From Felis catus (taxonomy: Eukaryota): DNA of 64,000 nt. Below, piece by piece: positions 49,251 through 60,257 of this stretch. Position 1 is the stretch's first letter. Each line of letters opens with the position of its first letter. The notes beneath the pieces are model-generated. The model made no database searches and had not been told where the DNA came from. It was given only the letters and a program-made list of their open reading frames with translations. The stretch lies in contig NC_058368.1 in the NCBI RefSeq assembly GCF_018350175.1, positions 118,422,001 through 118,486,000 on the forward strand. Direction: 5' to 3'. A program made the position numbers and the translations under genes.

Positions 49251-50574
49251 CCATTCTTCATCTGACTGAGGTCCAGAAATAGGAGGAGATTTGCCTGAGT
49301 CATGGCGGATCATTCATAGGGTTTCTGTATTTGTAGGGTTTGTTGTACATAGGCACACACCCCCTCCTCAACCTTGAAAGATGGTTCTCTTTGGCCAGAA
49401 AGATAGAGGTTAAACTGTACTGTAGCAGTAGTTTGGATTTGCCACTTGTTCTTCCTCTGGAGCTTGACAAAGTAATGATAAGTGCTAGAGGTTTCTATTG
49501 GTTTTTTGTGAAGAGGCAGGTAATGCTGTGCAGAGAAATGATAACGAGTAAAGGGCCTTGTATGTGAGGTAAGTAGGGTGAAGCATTAGGGGATGGTTTA
49601 CCAGGTAGGGGCTCTGAGCAGCCACAGGTAGTTTGCAAGAGGCAGTACTCAGATGGGAATTATTTAGCCTTGGAGGAGTTGTGGAATGTTCACAGATATT
49701 AGTTGGTATTCTTAAGGAGAGCCCATTGTCCTCTGGGGACATGGGACCATCCCTCAGTAGGGGCATTGTCAGACTCCTCTTTATAAATAAATCTTCTGGC
49801 CAGGGTAAAAGACTTGCTTGGGAAACAAAGCCAGGGTGGCAGGATCTAGATTTTTGAAAACCATCCTTGGATCTCACAAAATTCAGAGTTGGGTTTCTTT
49901 ATGGAGGCTGTCTCAGAGGAGATCTATTTTATTTTTCCCTAGGTGATATTAATAATGGGACTCATGCTATTAATAAATATGCCTGTGCCTCAGAACCACA
50001 GGGGTTTTACCTATTTGTTACATGCATTCTTGAATGGTGATGCATTTTGACTCCTGTCAACTGCCAGTAGTTGGATTGGATTTTTATGTGACCTGGTTGA
50101 GTGTCCCGCATGGGGAAAGGTACAGAGTTTGTTTGATCCAAAGGAGGACTCACTGTTCCTCTGGACTCGGTCATCATTACAATAGTGATCTTGCCCTGGA
50201 AGTGTATGTCTTACTTGGGCCTTATAAGACCAACAGAACAGAAAAGTTTACCAGCCAGAAGGCCCGGGCACAGTTTGCTTGCAGGCAGAGAACTGAGCTG
50301 TTGTCTTTCCTTGTGCCATTGAAGTCTCATGACCCTGAGCCCTTTCCTTGCCACAGAGAGATGTCAGAGTCAGTGTCCCTTTTGTAGAGGCTTGCTGCTC
50401 TGAAACCTGTGACCTCCCTCACTTGTCAGACTTGCATTGTTCGAGCTCTAGAGGTGGTGGAAGTACTCCTGGGGAGGGTCAGAGAGTCTGCTCAGCAAAG
50501 TTTGGACTGGAAGAATCCTTCTGACTACACAGTAGCTTTCTCGGGCAGTTGATGGGCAAATTATCCTTTATGGT

Positions 50575-50780
50575 AGTGGAGCTTAGATTTTAAAATTGTG
50601 GGAATCTAGAGTCAGGTTCCTGGGTTCACATGTTGGTTTTGTCACTTACTGACAATTCTCCCATTTGTAAAAGGGATTTAAACAATAGTACTTACTTCGA
50701 AGGGATTTTGGGAGAACGAAATGATCTCTTTAAAGCACTTGGGGCCTGGCATACTGGGAGATTTCGATAAATTGCTGTTT
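50575..50780 (+). mobile_element. MIR remnant
   Basis: TCTAGAGTCAG..CCTGGGTTCA..TCACTTACT..CATTTGTAAAAGGG..AATAGTACTTACTTC. Confidence 0.62.
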
Positions 50781-51157
50781 ATGGCAGTGTTGAAAATCCT
50801 TAAGACTTAGCATTAACTTCATGTTGTGAGAATGCCTCCAGTTTCTCTCACTGTGTGGACAGTACTTGTCTTTTCTACTTGTGTGCACATTTGTAGGAAG
50901 TTACGAGTTCTTGGACGGCTGGGTCATGCATGGTTTTGTTTCCAATATAATGGAGAACATAAATGGATAGTACCTGGCCCATAGTATGTGTTACATAATT
51001 CCTTGTTGAATGAGTGAAGCTGTGAGCAGATCAAGGATAGCAATATGGTTGGGTGGCATGTTGGGTGTAGCTGGGTCATTTTTGTTAAGTTTGTAGCTAC
51101 AGGACCCTTCCTCATCTTGGAGATGATGACGGTAGGTAGCATGTTTAGGGGAAATTC

Positions 51158-51260
51158 TTTTTTTTTTTTTTAAACTGCTTAATTGGCATACAAAAACTGC
51201 GTATGTTAAATTGTACAAATTGACAAATTCTGACATCTGTATACACCTGTGAAGCCATCC
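51158..51260 (-). mobile_element. Short old L1 3'-terminal fragment with T tail
   Basis: AATTGGCATACAAAAACTGC..GTACAA..TTCTGACATCTGTATACACCTGTGAAGCCATC. Confidence 0.7.
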
Positions 51261-52730
51261 GCACAGCATTAGGGGACTCCTTAACGCATATTGCACAACT
51301 GTTTTCTTTCTCTGTGGCTGATAAGCCACTTTACCCTTCGGCCGTGCATGTGGCTGGCTGCTTCACAAGGATGGCGGTGGGGGTGTGCTGCATTCGTCCT
51401 TGTCACAGCATTCCTTTCTAGTCATCATGTGCACTTTTATGTTCTTGCCATGGAATTTGAGATGATGACTGTGTGTGTGTGTCTTTGAGTGTCTGTCTGC
51501 AGCAGGTTGCATGCTGGTGAGTGCAAGGACTCTTGTCAGTTTAGTTCAGTGTGGTATTTGCATTGCCTCCCATAGTCCCCACCTCATAGGAGGCACTCAG
51601 TGGAGAGGTGAAAAGGCTCGTTCATTCACCCCCTTGCCAGAATAGATACAGAGCACTGTTGGGCCTGAAATGGGAGCACGAAGGATCGAGTTCCCAGAGA
51701 CTCAAAGTTGTTCTTGCCTTCATCAGATCAGAGGAAATCAAAGACAAGAAAGGCCTCTTAGGGTCTGAATTACTTCATTCCTGATGTGACAATAAGGAAA
51801 CCCTGGAGATGCAGGGAATCTGCCATGACACAAACCAGACCCCAAAATGAGGTACAAGGGGACATTGTCTGTCATTGCGAGGATGAGTCTTCCATGCAAC
51901 TGTTCCGTGCAGTGTTCTGTGTAGATATTACAGAGTGCTTTAAGTATGCTGCTAGAAGGACCCCCAGGTCTTTTTTTTTTCCTCTCTCAAGCTTGTGATA
52001 TAACCCTCCCTCCCTTCCTCCCGCTTCCCTCTCCCTCTTCTTCCACTGCGTCATCAATGACAATGAAAATTTGAGAGTCAGCTCTGATTACCTCAGAGAA
52101 AAGTCTCTTAGGTGCTAAAAGAAGCAGCACAAAAATAATAATTAAAAATGACACAACTAGGTAGCGTTCTGTGGTGTGCATTTTGGCAAGAGGCAACATT
52201 TTAGAGCAGTAAATACTCTCTGTGGTAGAGAAGAACCAGCAAAGCACGCTTTTCAAACCCCCACTACATCAAGTAAGGGAAAGGTGGGAAACGAGAGAGC
52301 GTATTTGTGTGGGTGAGGCTGATTTTCTACTAAATGTTTACAGGAGAGGTGGATGCCAGGTTGATTTTGAGCTACTGTTTCAGGAGCTGGGAGGCAGCTA
52401 GTTGGTTTGTGATAAAATGTGATTGTTCTAGAGGTACCACTTAAGAGGAGGCAGCTTTTGCACTTTGAAGTTGTATTTTGTGCACGTCTCATCCCAGGTG
52501 CTCTGCTCCCTACATCGTCTTTCATCCTTCTATCTGTCCGTCACCATTGACTCCCTGTGAGGTACCAGGCGATGTATCCATACATATTTCTGTCTATTCA
52601 TCCATCCATGTGTCCACCTATCCTATTATTGACTGATTGTTATGTACACATACCTTGCCTACCTACCTACCTACCTATCTACCTCTTCACCTGCCCTCCC
52701 TCCCTTCTTCCATTCTTCTTCCATTCCCTG

Positions 52731-52755
52731 CCCCCCCCCCCCCCCCCCCCCCCCC
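52731..52755. repeat. Poly(C)25 next to an antisense L2 tail
   Basis: Counted directly; followed by TTTATTGA..GCCTA..GTG.CAGG. Confidence 0.95.
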
Positions 52756-53639
52756 GTTTATTGATAGCCTATTACGTGGCAGGTTCTGTTGTAGGTCCTA
52801 GGAACCCAGAGTAGGGAACAATTTAGCAGAAAAGCCAGGCTTGTGAACAAGAGTGTCCTATTGTTTTTCAGCTTCGATGTGAGGTTATTAACGACTGATG
52901 CCCTTCACCGTTTGCAATGCTGTGAAGATACTTGGTCTGCCTTTTGCTTACCTTTGTCTTCTCACTGATAAGTATATCAGGCACATGGGTAGTCAACATA
53001 GAGTTTTGTTTTTTTAAAACGAATAATGGAATCGATGAGTGATCTGTATAGTGTGGGACATGCTTTAACATGAGTATAATTAAAGCTGTGAGAAGTCACA
53101 CAGAAGACCGTTACTATCTGGGCCGAGTAAGGAAGAATGCGGGATGTCTGTGAATGCCATTAACCCTACATACACTCATGCACTCAGTGGCATTGTTTGA
53201 GCTGCTCCTCATGCTGAGCTGTGGTCGTCCGTGGGCTGTGATGGGGTATGGGACTGACCTGGTCTCTGCCTATACTGAGCACGTATGGAAAGTGCCTGGA
53301 GGGGGAGAGCCAGGTAACTCAGAGCACAGTGGGGCCAGCTTGGACTGGTGCAGGGGCGAGGGGGGCAGCATTTGGGAAGCCGCACTAGGAAGGGTTCCCT
53401 GGAGCAAGCCAGGTGCTGGCAGGGTCCGACAGGGTCCGGCAGGGTGGAGGCAGGTCTTTGAGGGCGCTGATCTGGGAAAGAAGCTGGATGGCCTGGATGT
53501 GGAGAGCAGCTCTCAAAGAGGCTAGGGCCAGGCCGTGTCCAGTATCTCAACAGCAAGTATTCCTTTTTGTGTGGTTGCAGAACGCTTTAGATTTTGGTAG
53601 CAGTGTGACTTAACGACTCAGGCTTCCTATGAAAGGAGG

Positions 53640-53996
53640 TATATTAGCCACCTGTGGCTGCCATCACAAATTGCTACAAACTGGGTGGCTTAAAATAACA
53701 CCTCTGCTAGGGAAGGAGCTTTCTCTGCCTCTTGGTAGTTTTGGTGGCCCTGGCAGCCCTTGGTGTTCCTTGGCTTGTAGCTGATGACTCTAGTCTCTGC
53801 CTCCTCCTCCTTCCCTGTGTGTCTTTGTTCTCTCCTCCTCCTATCAGAAGGATACCAGTCTTTGGATTTAGGCCCCATTTTATTCCAGTATGACAAAATC
53901 TTAAGTAATTACATCTGCAAAGACCCCATTTCCAAATAAGCTCACATTCTGAGGTCCAGGCAGATAAGAAAGGGGGACATGTTTCAGCCCACCACA
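53640..53996 (-). mobile_element. MaLR solo LTR (MLT1C-like), internally deleted
   Basis: CAAACTGGGTGGCTTAAA, GTTCCTTGGCTTGTAG, AATTACATCTGCAAAGACCC.ATTTCCAAATAAG; perfect 5-bp TSD GGAGG (53635-53639, 53997-54001). Confidence 0.92.
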
Positions 53997-54915
53997 GGAG
54001 GGGATGCTGAAGTTGGTGGAACAGTGCTGGAAGGCTCCCCATGGGTGGGTTTTTTCACTCCTCCTGGCATTTGGGTTGACAGCAGACCGCAAACCTGGTT
54101 GTGGGGAGGGCGGGCCAGCTGTGGCTTTGGATTCCAGTGTCTGGCGAGGGCTCGAAGGGACAGGGTTCTTTCTTTAGGTGCCTAAACAAAGCTGTGAGGC
54201 GGTGGGAGGTGGCCCTTGTCGTGTTTTCGCCGGTCGCGTCCACCCTGTCCTTCCTGCAGCGAGCGAGAGACATCAGGTTTCTTCCTGACAGCCCCTGGAG
54301 CACCTTGAGAGAGGAGGAAGTGGCCATGAGAATAAACTGGCCACAATAATTAATGACCCAAGCCAACAATGGTCTAGGGTTTTTCCACGGTCCTTCTTTT
54401 CTCTGGGAACAGTTTCCTGCTGCCTTCTTGCAGGCCTGTTGCCAGGGACTTTCCAGGTCTACGGGACGTAGTTTTCCTTTTCTTTCTTGTTTCTCTGCTT
54501 TCTCAGGTTTGGTGTCAGTGCTTCTTCCATTTCCCTGGTACTTAAATTACTCAACACTGTCTTCCTCTAACAGTGGTTTTTAAACCTCCTGTGATTTCCA
54601 ATCTGGGAATTTGATTTCCAGAGCTAATTTCCACATTTGATTCCCGGAATTTATGATTTTGTTGAGTCTGGACTGATGTGATTCAGGTGAATTCCAAATG
54701 CCAAAGTGAGAAACCTCTCCCCCAAAAGATAGGTTTTTGTGTGTGGGTTTTTTTCCCTCTAGTAATACCTAGGGCATGAGAAAGGATGATTTCTGCATTT
54801 ACATGATGCTAATTGGCACACTTTGTCATCAGATTATGTATTTAAAATTCTAGATACGCTGTCTAGATATACACATGCAAATTCTTTGGTTGTCATTTGC
54901 CTGTAGGCAAAATGA

Positions 54916-55034
54916 TTTTTTTTTAATGTTTTTATTTATTTTTGAGACAGAGTGCAAGTGAGGGAGCGGCAGAGAGAGGGGAACAGGGCGCGAAGTGGGC
55001 TCTGTGCTGACAGCAGTGAACCTGATGTAGGCCT
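54916..55034 (-). mobile_element. Can-SINE, 5'-truncated
   Basis: T tail, GAGACAGAGTGCAAG..GGGCTCTGTGCTGACAGCAG, then similarity ends. Confidence 0.88.
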
Positions 55035-55099
55035 CTCTGTAAAAAGGGGACCGTAGGGTTTGTCATTCTCCTGACTGAAGTCTTAAAAGAGTCACCTGC

Positions 55100-55760
55100 C
55101 TATTAGTATTCATTTATTGATTTGAAAACATTACTTGGGGCATATTACATGCCAGAACTGCAATGAGTGCCCTTTTCTGTATAAAACAGACACTGGCTGT
55201 TGCCTGCCTGTGTTTATAATCTCATCAGGTAGTACCCATTAAGCAGTTACCAGAATTAAAGGAAATTAGCTATCATGTGAAGGGATGGGAAGGGAAATTC
55301 TAGAGAGCAGTGAGAGTTTACCACTGGGAGTGGGTGGAGGATGAGAGAAGGCCACTTCCTGGAGGAAGTGACCCTTCAAGTGGAATCTGAAAGGTGGAGA
55401 GGCTTGGGGGAACACTGTGGTCTCTGATCAGGGCTCGCGGGTACAGGATTCCCTCCTGGGAGGAAGGAACACATTGTACCAGGCTTTGTGGCTAGCATGG
55501 TCCTCTCACATCAGAGGATCTGAGTGGGCCAGTGGGGCTGGAGCACTGAGGGCAGGCAAGGCTAACAGGGTGTGCAGATAAGACACGTTTTGTAGGCCTT
55601 GGGTGGATTTTGAAATGAAAAGGAAGAGTTGCAGTCTGGGAGGGTGAGGAGGGGGCAGTGACAAGATCACAATCTGCTTTTTGGAAAGGCCATCTTGGGC
55701 CAGCTGAGTTACAGGTCATCTGGAGTCCAGTTAGGAGTCCAGACCACAGGTGGTGCTGGC
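55100..55760 (-). mobile_element. L2 3' region remnant
   Basis: GAGAAGGCC.CTTCCTGGAGGAAGTGAC, TTTGTAGGCC, GGGCAGTGACAAGATC..ATCTGCTTTT. Confidence 0.55.
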
Positions 55761-56011
55761 ATGGGCTTGGTGATACAGCACGAATGGAGGTCTTCCTCAG
55801 GGTACCAGTGGAGGAAGTGAGAAAGTAAATGGGGGTAGAAAAGGAATCCCAGGTGTTCCTATGTCCAGGACTAGCTACTTATCCTGTGGGCCCTTATTCG
55901 TAAAACACAAATAAGAACTGTTAAAGATATTAACAATATAAAGCCTTTCTTTTATGGTCTCTTTGTTGATTTATGGTGTTTTCATTTGCTTTTTTAAAAA
56001 AATAAAAATTC

Positions 56012-56125
56012 GGGGCACCTGGCTGGCTCAGTTGGCTGGCTCAGTTGGTGTATGCCTCTTGATCTTGGGGTTCCAGCTCCACTTTGGGTGTAGAGATTAG
56101 TTAGAAGTAAAAAAAAAAAATCCCC
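56012..56125 (+). mobile_element. Short old tRNA-derived carnivore SINE with duplicated A-box
   Basis: GGGGCACCTGGCTGGCTCAG..CTCTTGATCTTGGGGTT..TTGGGTGTAGAGATTA; flanks AAAAATAAAAA(A)TT. Confidence 0.85.
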
Positions 56126-56540
56126 AAAAATAAAAAATTTACTGAATTTTAACTGTATTGTGTAGTGCCAATTTTTAATGTAAGAATAAGATAAACTGAT
56201 GTGCATGTGGAATCACTGAAATCATGCCATCCATATTATGTAGCTCAGATGCACATTAATTTTGTTTTTACTAGAACATTGGAGACACTGTTCAAGGTAA
56301 CTCAACTTTGTGTGTCGATGTCTTTTTGCAGATAGTTTTGTTTTTTTTTTTGAGGTATGATTGACTTATAACATTGGTTTCAGGTGTACACCATGATTTG
56401 ATATTTGTATGTATTGTGAAATGATCACCACAATAAGTCTAATTAACATCTGTCCCCATACATAGTTATAATTTTTTTCTTTGTGTTAAGAACTTATAAA
56501 ATGTATTCTCTTAGCAACTTTGAAGTATGGAATACAGTAT

Positions 56541-56735
56541 GTTTTTAAACTTTTTTTTAATGTTTATTTTTACTTAGAGCGAGCGAGCAGGGGAGGGGCA
56601 GAGAGAGGGGGAGAGAGAATCCCAAGCAGGCTCTGTGCAGAGCCCAATGCGGAGCTTGATCCCACGATCCATGAGATTGTGATTTGAGCCAAGATCCAGT
56701 CAGACATTCAAGTGGCCAAGCCACCCAGGCACCCC
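56541..56735 (-). mobile_element. Can-SINE inside L1 3' UTR
   Basis: TSD GAATAC[A/G]GTAT (56530-56540, 56738-56748). Confidence 0.93.
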
Positions 56736-56896
56736 TAGAATACGGTATTATTACACGTAGTTACCGTTACATTACATCCCGTGACTTATTTTATAATGGG
56801 AAATTTGTACCTTTTGACTACCTTCATCTATTTTGCCCACTCCTACCCCTGACTCTAACAATCACCAATCTCCTTTTTACTGTGACCTTCTTTTTT

Positions 56897-57113
56897 CAGT
56901 TTTTTTTTAATGTTTATTTATTTTTGAGAGAGAGGAGAGAGATCGAGTGTGAGTGGGGGAGAGGCAGAGAGAGAGGGAGACACAGAATCTGAAGCAGGCT
57001 CCAGGCTCTGAGCTGTCAGCACAGAGCCCGATGTGGTGCTCAACCTTGCAAACCACAAGATCTGACCTGAGCCGAAGTTGGATGCTTAACTGACTGAGCC
57101 ACCTAGGCGTCCC
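56897..57113 (-). mobile_element. Can-SINE inside L1 3' region
   Basis: Full antisense body ending CCACCTAGGCGTCCC. Confidence 0.95.
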
Positions 57114-59360
57114 CCCGCCCACCTTTTTTTGTTTAAGATTCTGTGTATAAGTGAGATGATATGTTGTTTGTCTTTCTTTGATTATTTCCATTAGCGTAAT
57201 GCCCTCACAGTCCATCCATGTTGTCACAAATGGCAGGATTTCATTTTTTTTCATGGCTGAATAATACTCCACCATATATATACACACACCTCATTTTCTT
57301 CATTCATCCCTGGATAGACACTTAGGTTGTTTTCATGTGTTGGCTGTTGTAAACAGTGCAGCAGTGAACCTGGGGATATATTTATCTTGTCAAATTAGGG
57401 GGTTATTTTCCTTCAGGTGAATATTTAGAAGTGGACTTGCTGGATCCTATGGTAGTTGTATTTTTAATTTTTTGAGGAACTTCATAGTGTCTTACATCGT
57501 GGTTGCACATGTTTACATTCCCACTGACAGTGTGCAAGCGTTCTCTTTTTTTCCACATCCTTGCCAACACTTGTTTTAATTTGCATTTTCCTGGTGATTG
57601 GTGATGTTGAGCACCTTTTCATGTACCTGTTGACCTTCTGTATATCTTTGGAAAAATGTCTTTTCAAATCCTCTGCCCCATTTTAATTGGATTTTTTTCT
57701 GCTGTTACATGAGTACTTTATATATTTTGGGTATTAGCCTCATATATGATTTGCAAATATTGTGTCCCGTTCAGTGGGTTGCGTTTTCATTTTGTTGATG
57801 GTTTCCTTTGTTGTACGGAAACTTCTTAATTTGATGTAGTCCCACTTTTTTATTTTTATTTTCGTTGCCTTTGCTTTTGGTGTCAGAACCAGAGAATCCC
57901 TACCAAGATTGATGTGAAGGAGATTTCCTTGTAGGAGTTTCATGGTTTCAGGTCTTATTTAATCTGTTTTGAGTTAATTTTTGTGTGTAGTGTAAGGTAG
58001 TGGTCTGGTTTCATTCTCAATGTGGCGGTTCAGTTTTCCCAACACCGTTTATTGAAGCCTTTTTCCCCCTTTGTATAGTTTTCATTGCTTTGGCATAAAT
58101 TGATCTACCATCTACGTGTGGGTTTATTTCTGGGCTCTCTCTTCTGTTCCATTGATCTGTGCATCTGTTTTAATACCAATACCATACTGTTTTAATTATA
58201 ATAGCTTTGTATTATAGTTTGACATTAGAGCACGATGCCACCAGCTTTTTTCTAACTCAAGATTACTTTGGCTCTTTGGAATCTTCTGTGGTTCCATACA
58301 CATTTTAAGATAGCTTGTTGTATTTCTGGGAAAAATGCCCTAGTTCAGCTGTCCCCACCCCCCACCTCCCCACCCAGACTTAATACACGTTCTTTGAACA
58401 CTTTCTACCTTTGTCTCACTGATGAGTAAGGAAGGACCACAAGGGCAAGGGACTGTGGGTTTGCTCCATCCTTCCCTGTGCTGTGTCTTTATGATCAGGG
58501 TTAGGTGGCTGACTTAACCAGGGAAATAACATGAGTAAGAAAGACAGGGCCCCTCAGTCATTCATGTTTCTTCAATTGCCTTATTTTTGCATTTGGCAGG
58601 TTTTGGTCTGGAAAGAAAACGTGGCCTTTCAGGGCTGTCACTGTTCCCGCTTACTCAGTTACAGACAGAACATGCTCAGCTGGTACTTGGCTTTAGTCTC
58701 GCTCAGCTTGCAGACATTGTGGGTCCACAAGAGTTCTGTGCTCATGGGCCATCGCAAACACCTTGTGCTCATATGGGGCTGCAGGGGACCCCGGTGGACA
58801 TGCCTGCCACCATGTTGGAGATCTCAGCTCTGCTTATCCCACCAGACTTCAGTTACAAAATATAAGTACAAAGATACATTTTTAACTAATGTCAAGATGG
58901 TGGTAGGATAGCCTTAAGCTAAGTGGACCTTCTGAGTTTGGGCTCCTGTGTGACCACATGGGTTGCGTGTCCATGAAGTGGTAGTCCTGTCAGCTGCCTG
59001 TGAGCCTTGTATCATGGATTCACTTGGGTCTGTGCCAGGTTGACTGTTAGCAGGCTTAGAGGAGATGAACTGGGCAGGTCCTGTATTGGCAGCCCCATTC
59101 CAGGCCTGTGGGCCAAGAGTGCTTGGCTTGCCAGGCGCTGAAGGCAGCTGTCACTTCTTTGGGAAGCATGGTTTCCGGATGGGTTTCTAGGCAGTCATCA
59201 CCAGGGCCGTTCATCAGCTCCGGTGCCATAAGCAAGGGGTGTACAAATCAGGCCTTAAACAGAGCTGCCTTCCTAGGTGCTTGTGGAATAAGAGACATGA
59301 TTGAGAACTTTTTTGGAAAGAGGCCAAGGGTTCAGAATTTGTGATTTTTTTTTTTTAATT

Positions 59361-59570
59361 TTTTTTTCAACGTTTATTTATTTTTGGGACAGAGAGAGAC
59401 AGAGCATGAACGGGGGAGAGGCAGAGAGAGAGGGAGACACAGAATCGGAAACAGGCTCCAGGCTCTGAGCCATCAGCCCAGAGCCCGACGCGGGGCTCGA
59501 ACTCACAGACCGCGAGATCGTGACCTGGCTGAAGTCGGACGCTTAACCGACTGCGCCACCCAGGCGCCCC
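59361..59570 (-). mobile_element. Very young felid SINE (SINEC_Fc-like)
   Basis: CpGs intact throughout; identical 20-nt flanks GTGA(T)12AATT at 59341-59360 and 59571-59590. Confidence 0.98.
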
Positions 59571-60009
59571 GTGATTTTTTTTTTTTAATTGAACTCTGGT
59601 GTTACCTCCTCCCATCTCTACTGTCACTTAGATTTCTTCCTCTAGAGGCCATAATTGCCTGCTTTGGGAACATTTGTAAGCCTGTTGTCAGGAACTAGAA
59701 GTTCGGGCTGACTCCTTGCAGCTCAACCTTTGTAATCAGGAGAGGTTCCATTATTGGTGCCTCGTGCTAGATGTTCTGAGGGTTTAGATGATAGCCGTTC
59801 TCTAACTTCAGCATGCGAAAAAACCACCTGCGAGCCTAAATTCCTGGACCCTGGCCCCCCAAATTTGAGGTGGCTGGGGTGTGCTCCTGAGGCAAGTCTA
59901 CAACAGGTGATGCTGAGTGTATTGGAGAAACGCTAATCTTGGTCTGTCAAGTCCTGTGATGGTATGGAGTTAAGAGGGTTCTCTGAGAACTACCTGAAGT
60001 ATGATTTCT

Positions 60010-60257
60010 TTTTTCTTTTTCTTTTTTTTTTTTTTTTTAGTAATTTTTAATGTTTATTTTTGAGAGAGAGAGTGAGAGAGAGCGAACTTGGGCACCTGTG
60101 CGAGGTGGGGGTGGGGCAGAGAGAGGGGTGCAGAGGATCCAAAGTGGGCTCCCTGCAGACAGCAGCGATCCTGATACGGGACTTAGAGTCGTGAACCCCG
60201 AGCTCATGACCTGAGCTGAATTCGGTTATTCAACATACTGAGCCACCCAAGTGCCCC
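60010..60257 (-). mobile_element. Older Can-SINE
   Basis: Antisense body; decayed TSD TGAAGTATGATTTCT versus TGAAGCACAATTTCT. Confidence 0.92.

Larger units (their letters stand above)
56338..58339 (-). mobile_element. 5'-truncated LINE-1 (L1MA9 or carnivore L1-like): ORF2 C-terminal remnant plus 3' UTR
   Basis: Minus-strand peptides [57 protein letters not shown] and EYYSAMKKNEILPFVTTWMD are L1 ORF2-like; frames broken; T tail at 56341. Confidence 0.95.
55866..58989 (-). mobile_element. MER45B-like hAT-Tip100 DNA transposon split by L1 and SINE insertions
   Basis: Inverted ends CAGGACTA (55866-55873) and TAGTCCTG (58982-58989); GACTTCAGTTACAAAA..AAGTACAAAGATA..TCAAGATGG..CCTGTGTGACC..CCATGAAG matches the recalled MER45B terminus. 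Confidence 0.72.

Noticed and set aside
56907..57943. L1 ORF2-like peptides as a functional CDS
   Set aside because: 5'-truncated, frameshifted, internally deleted and SINE-interrupted
2141..59698. Apparent family of short related ORFs (MAQSVK..TSAQV.., ..RGRERGRHR..)
   Set aside because: Recurrent reading frames of dispersed Can-SINE copies, not a gene family
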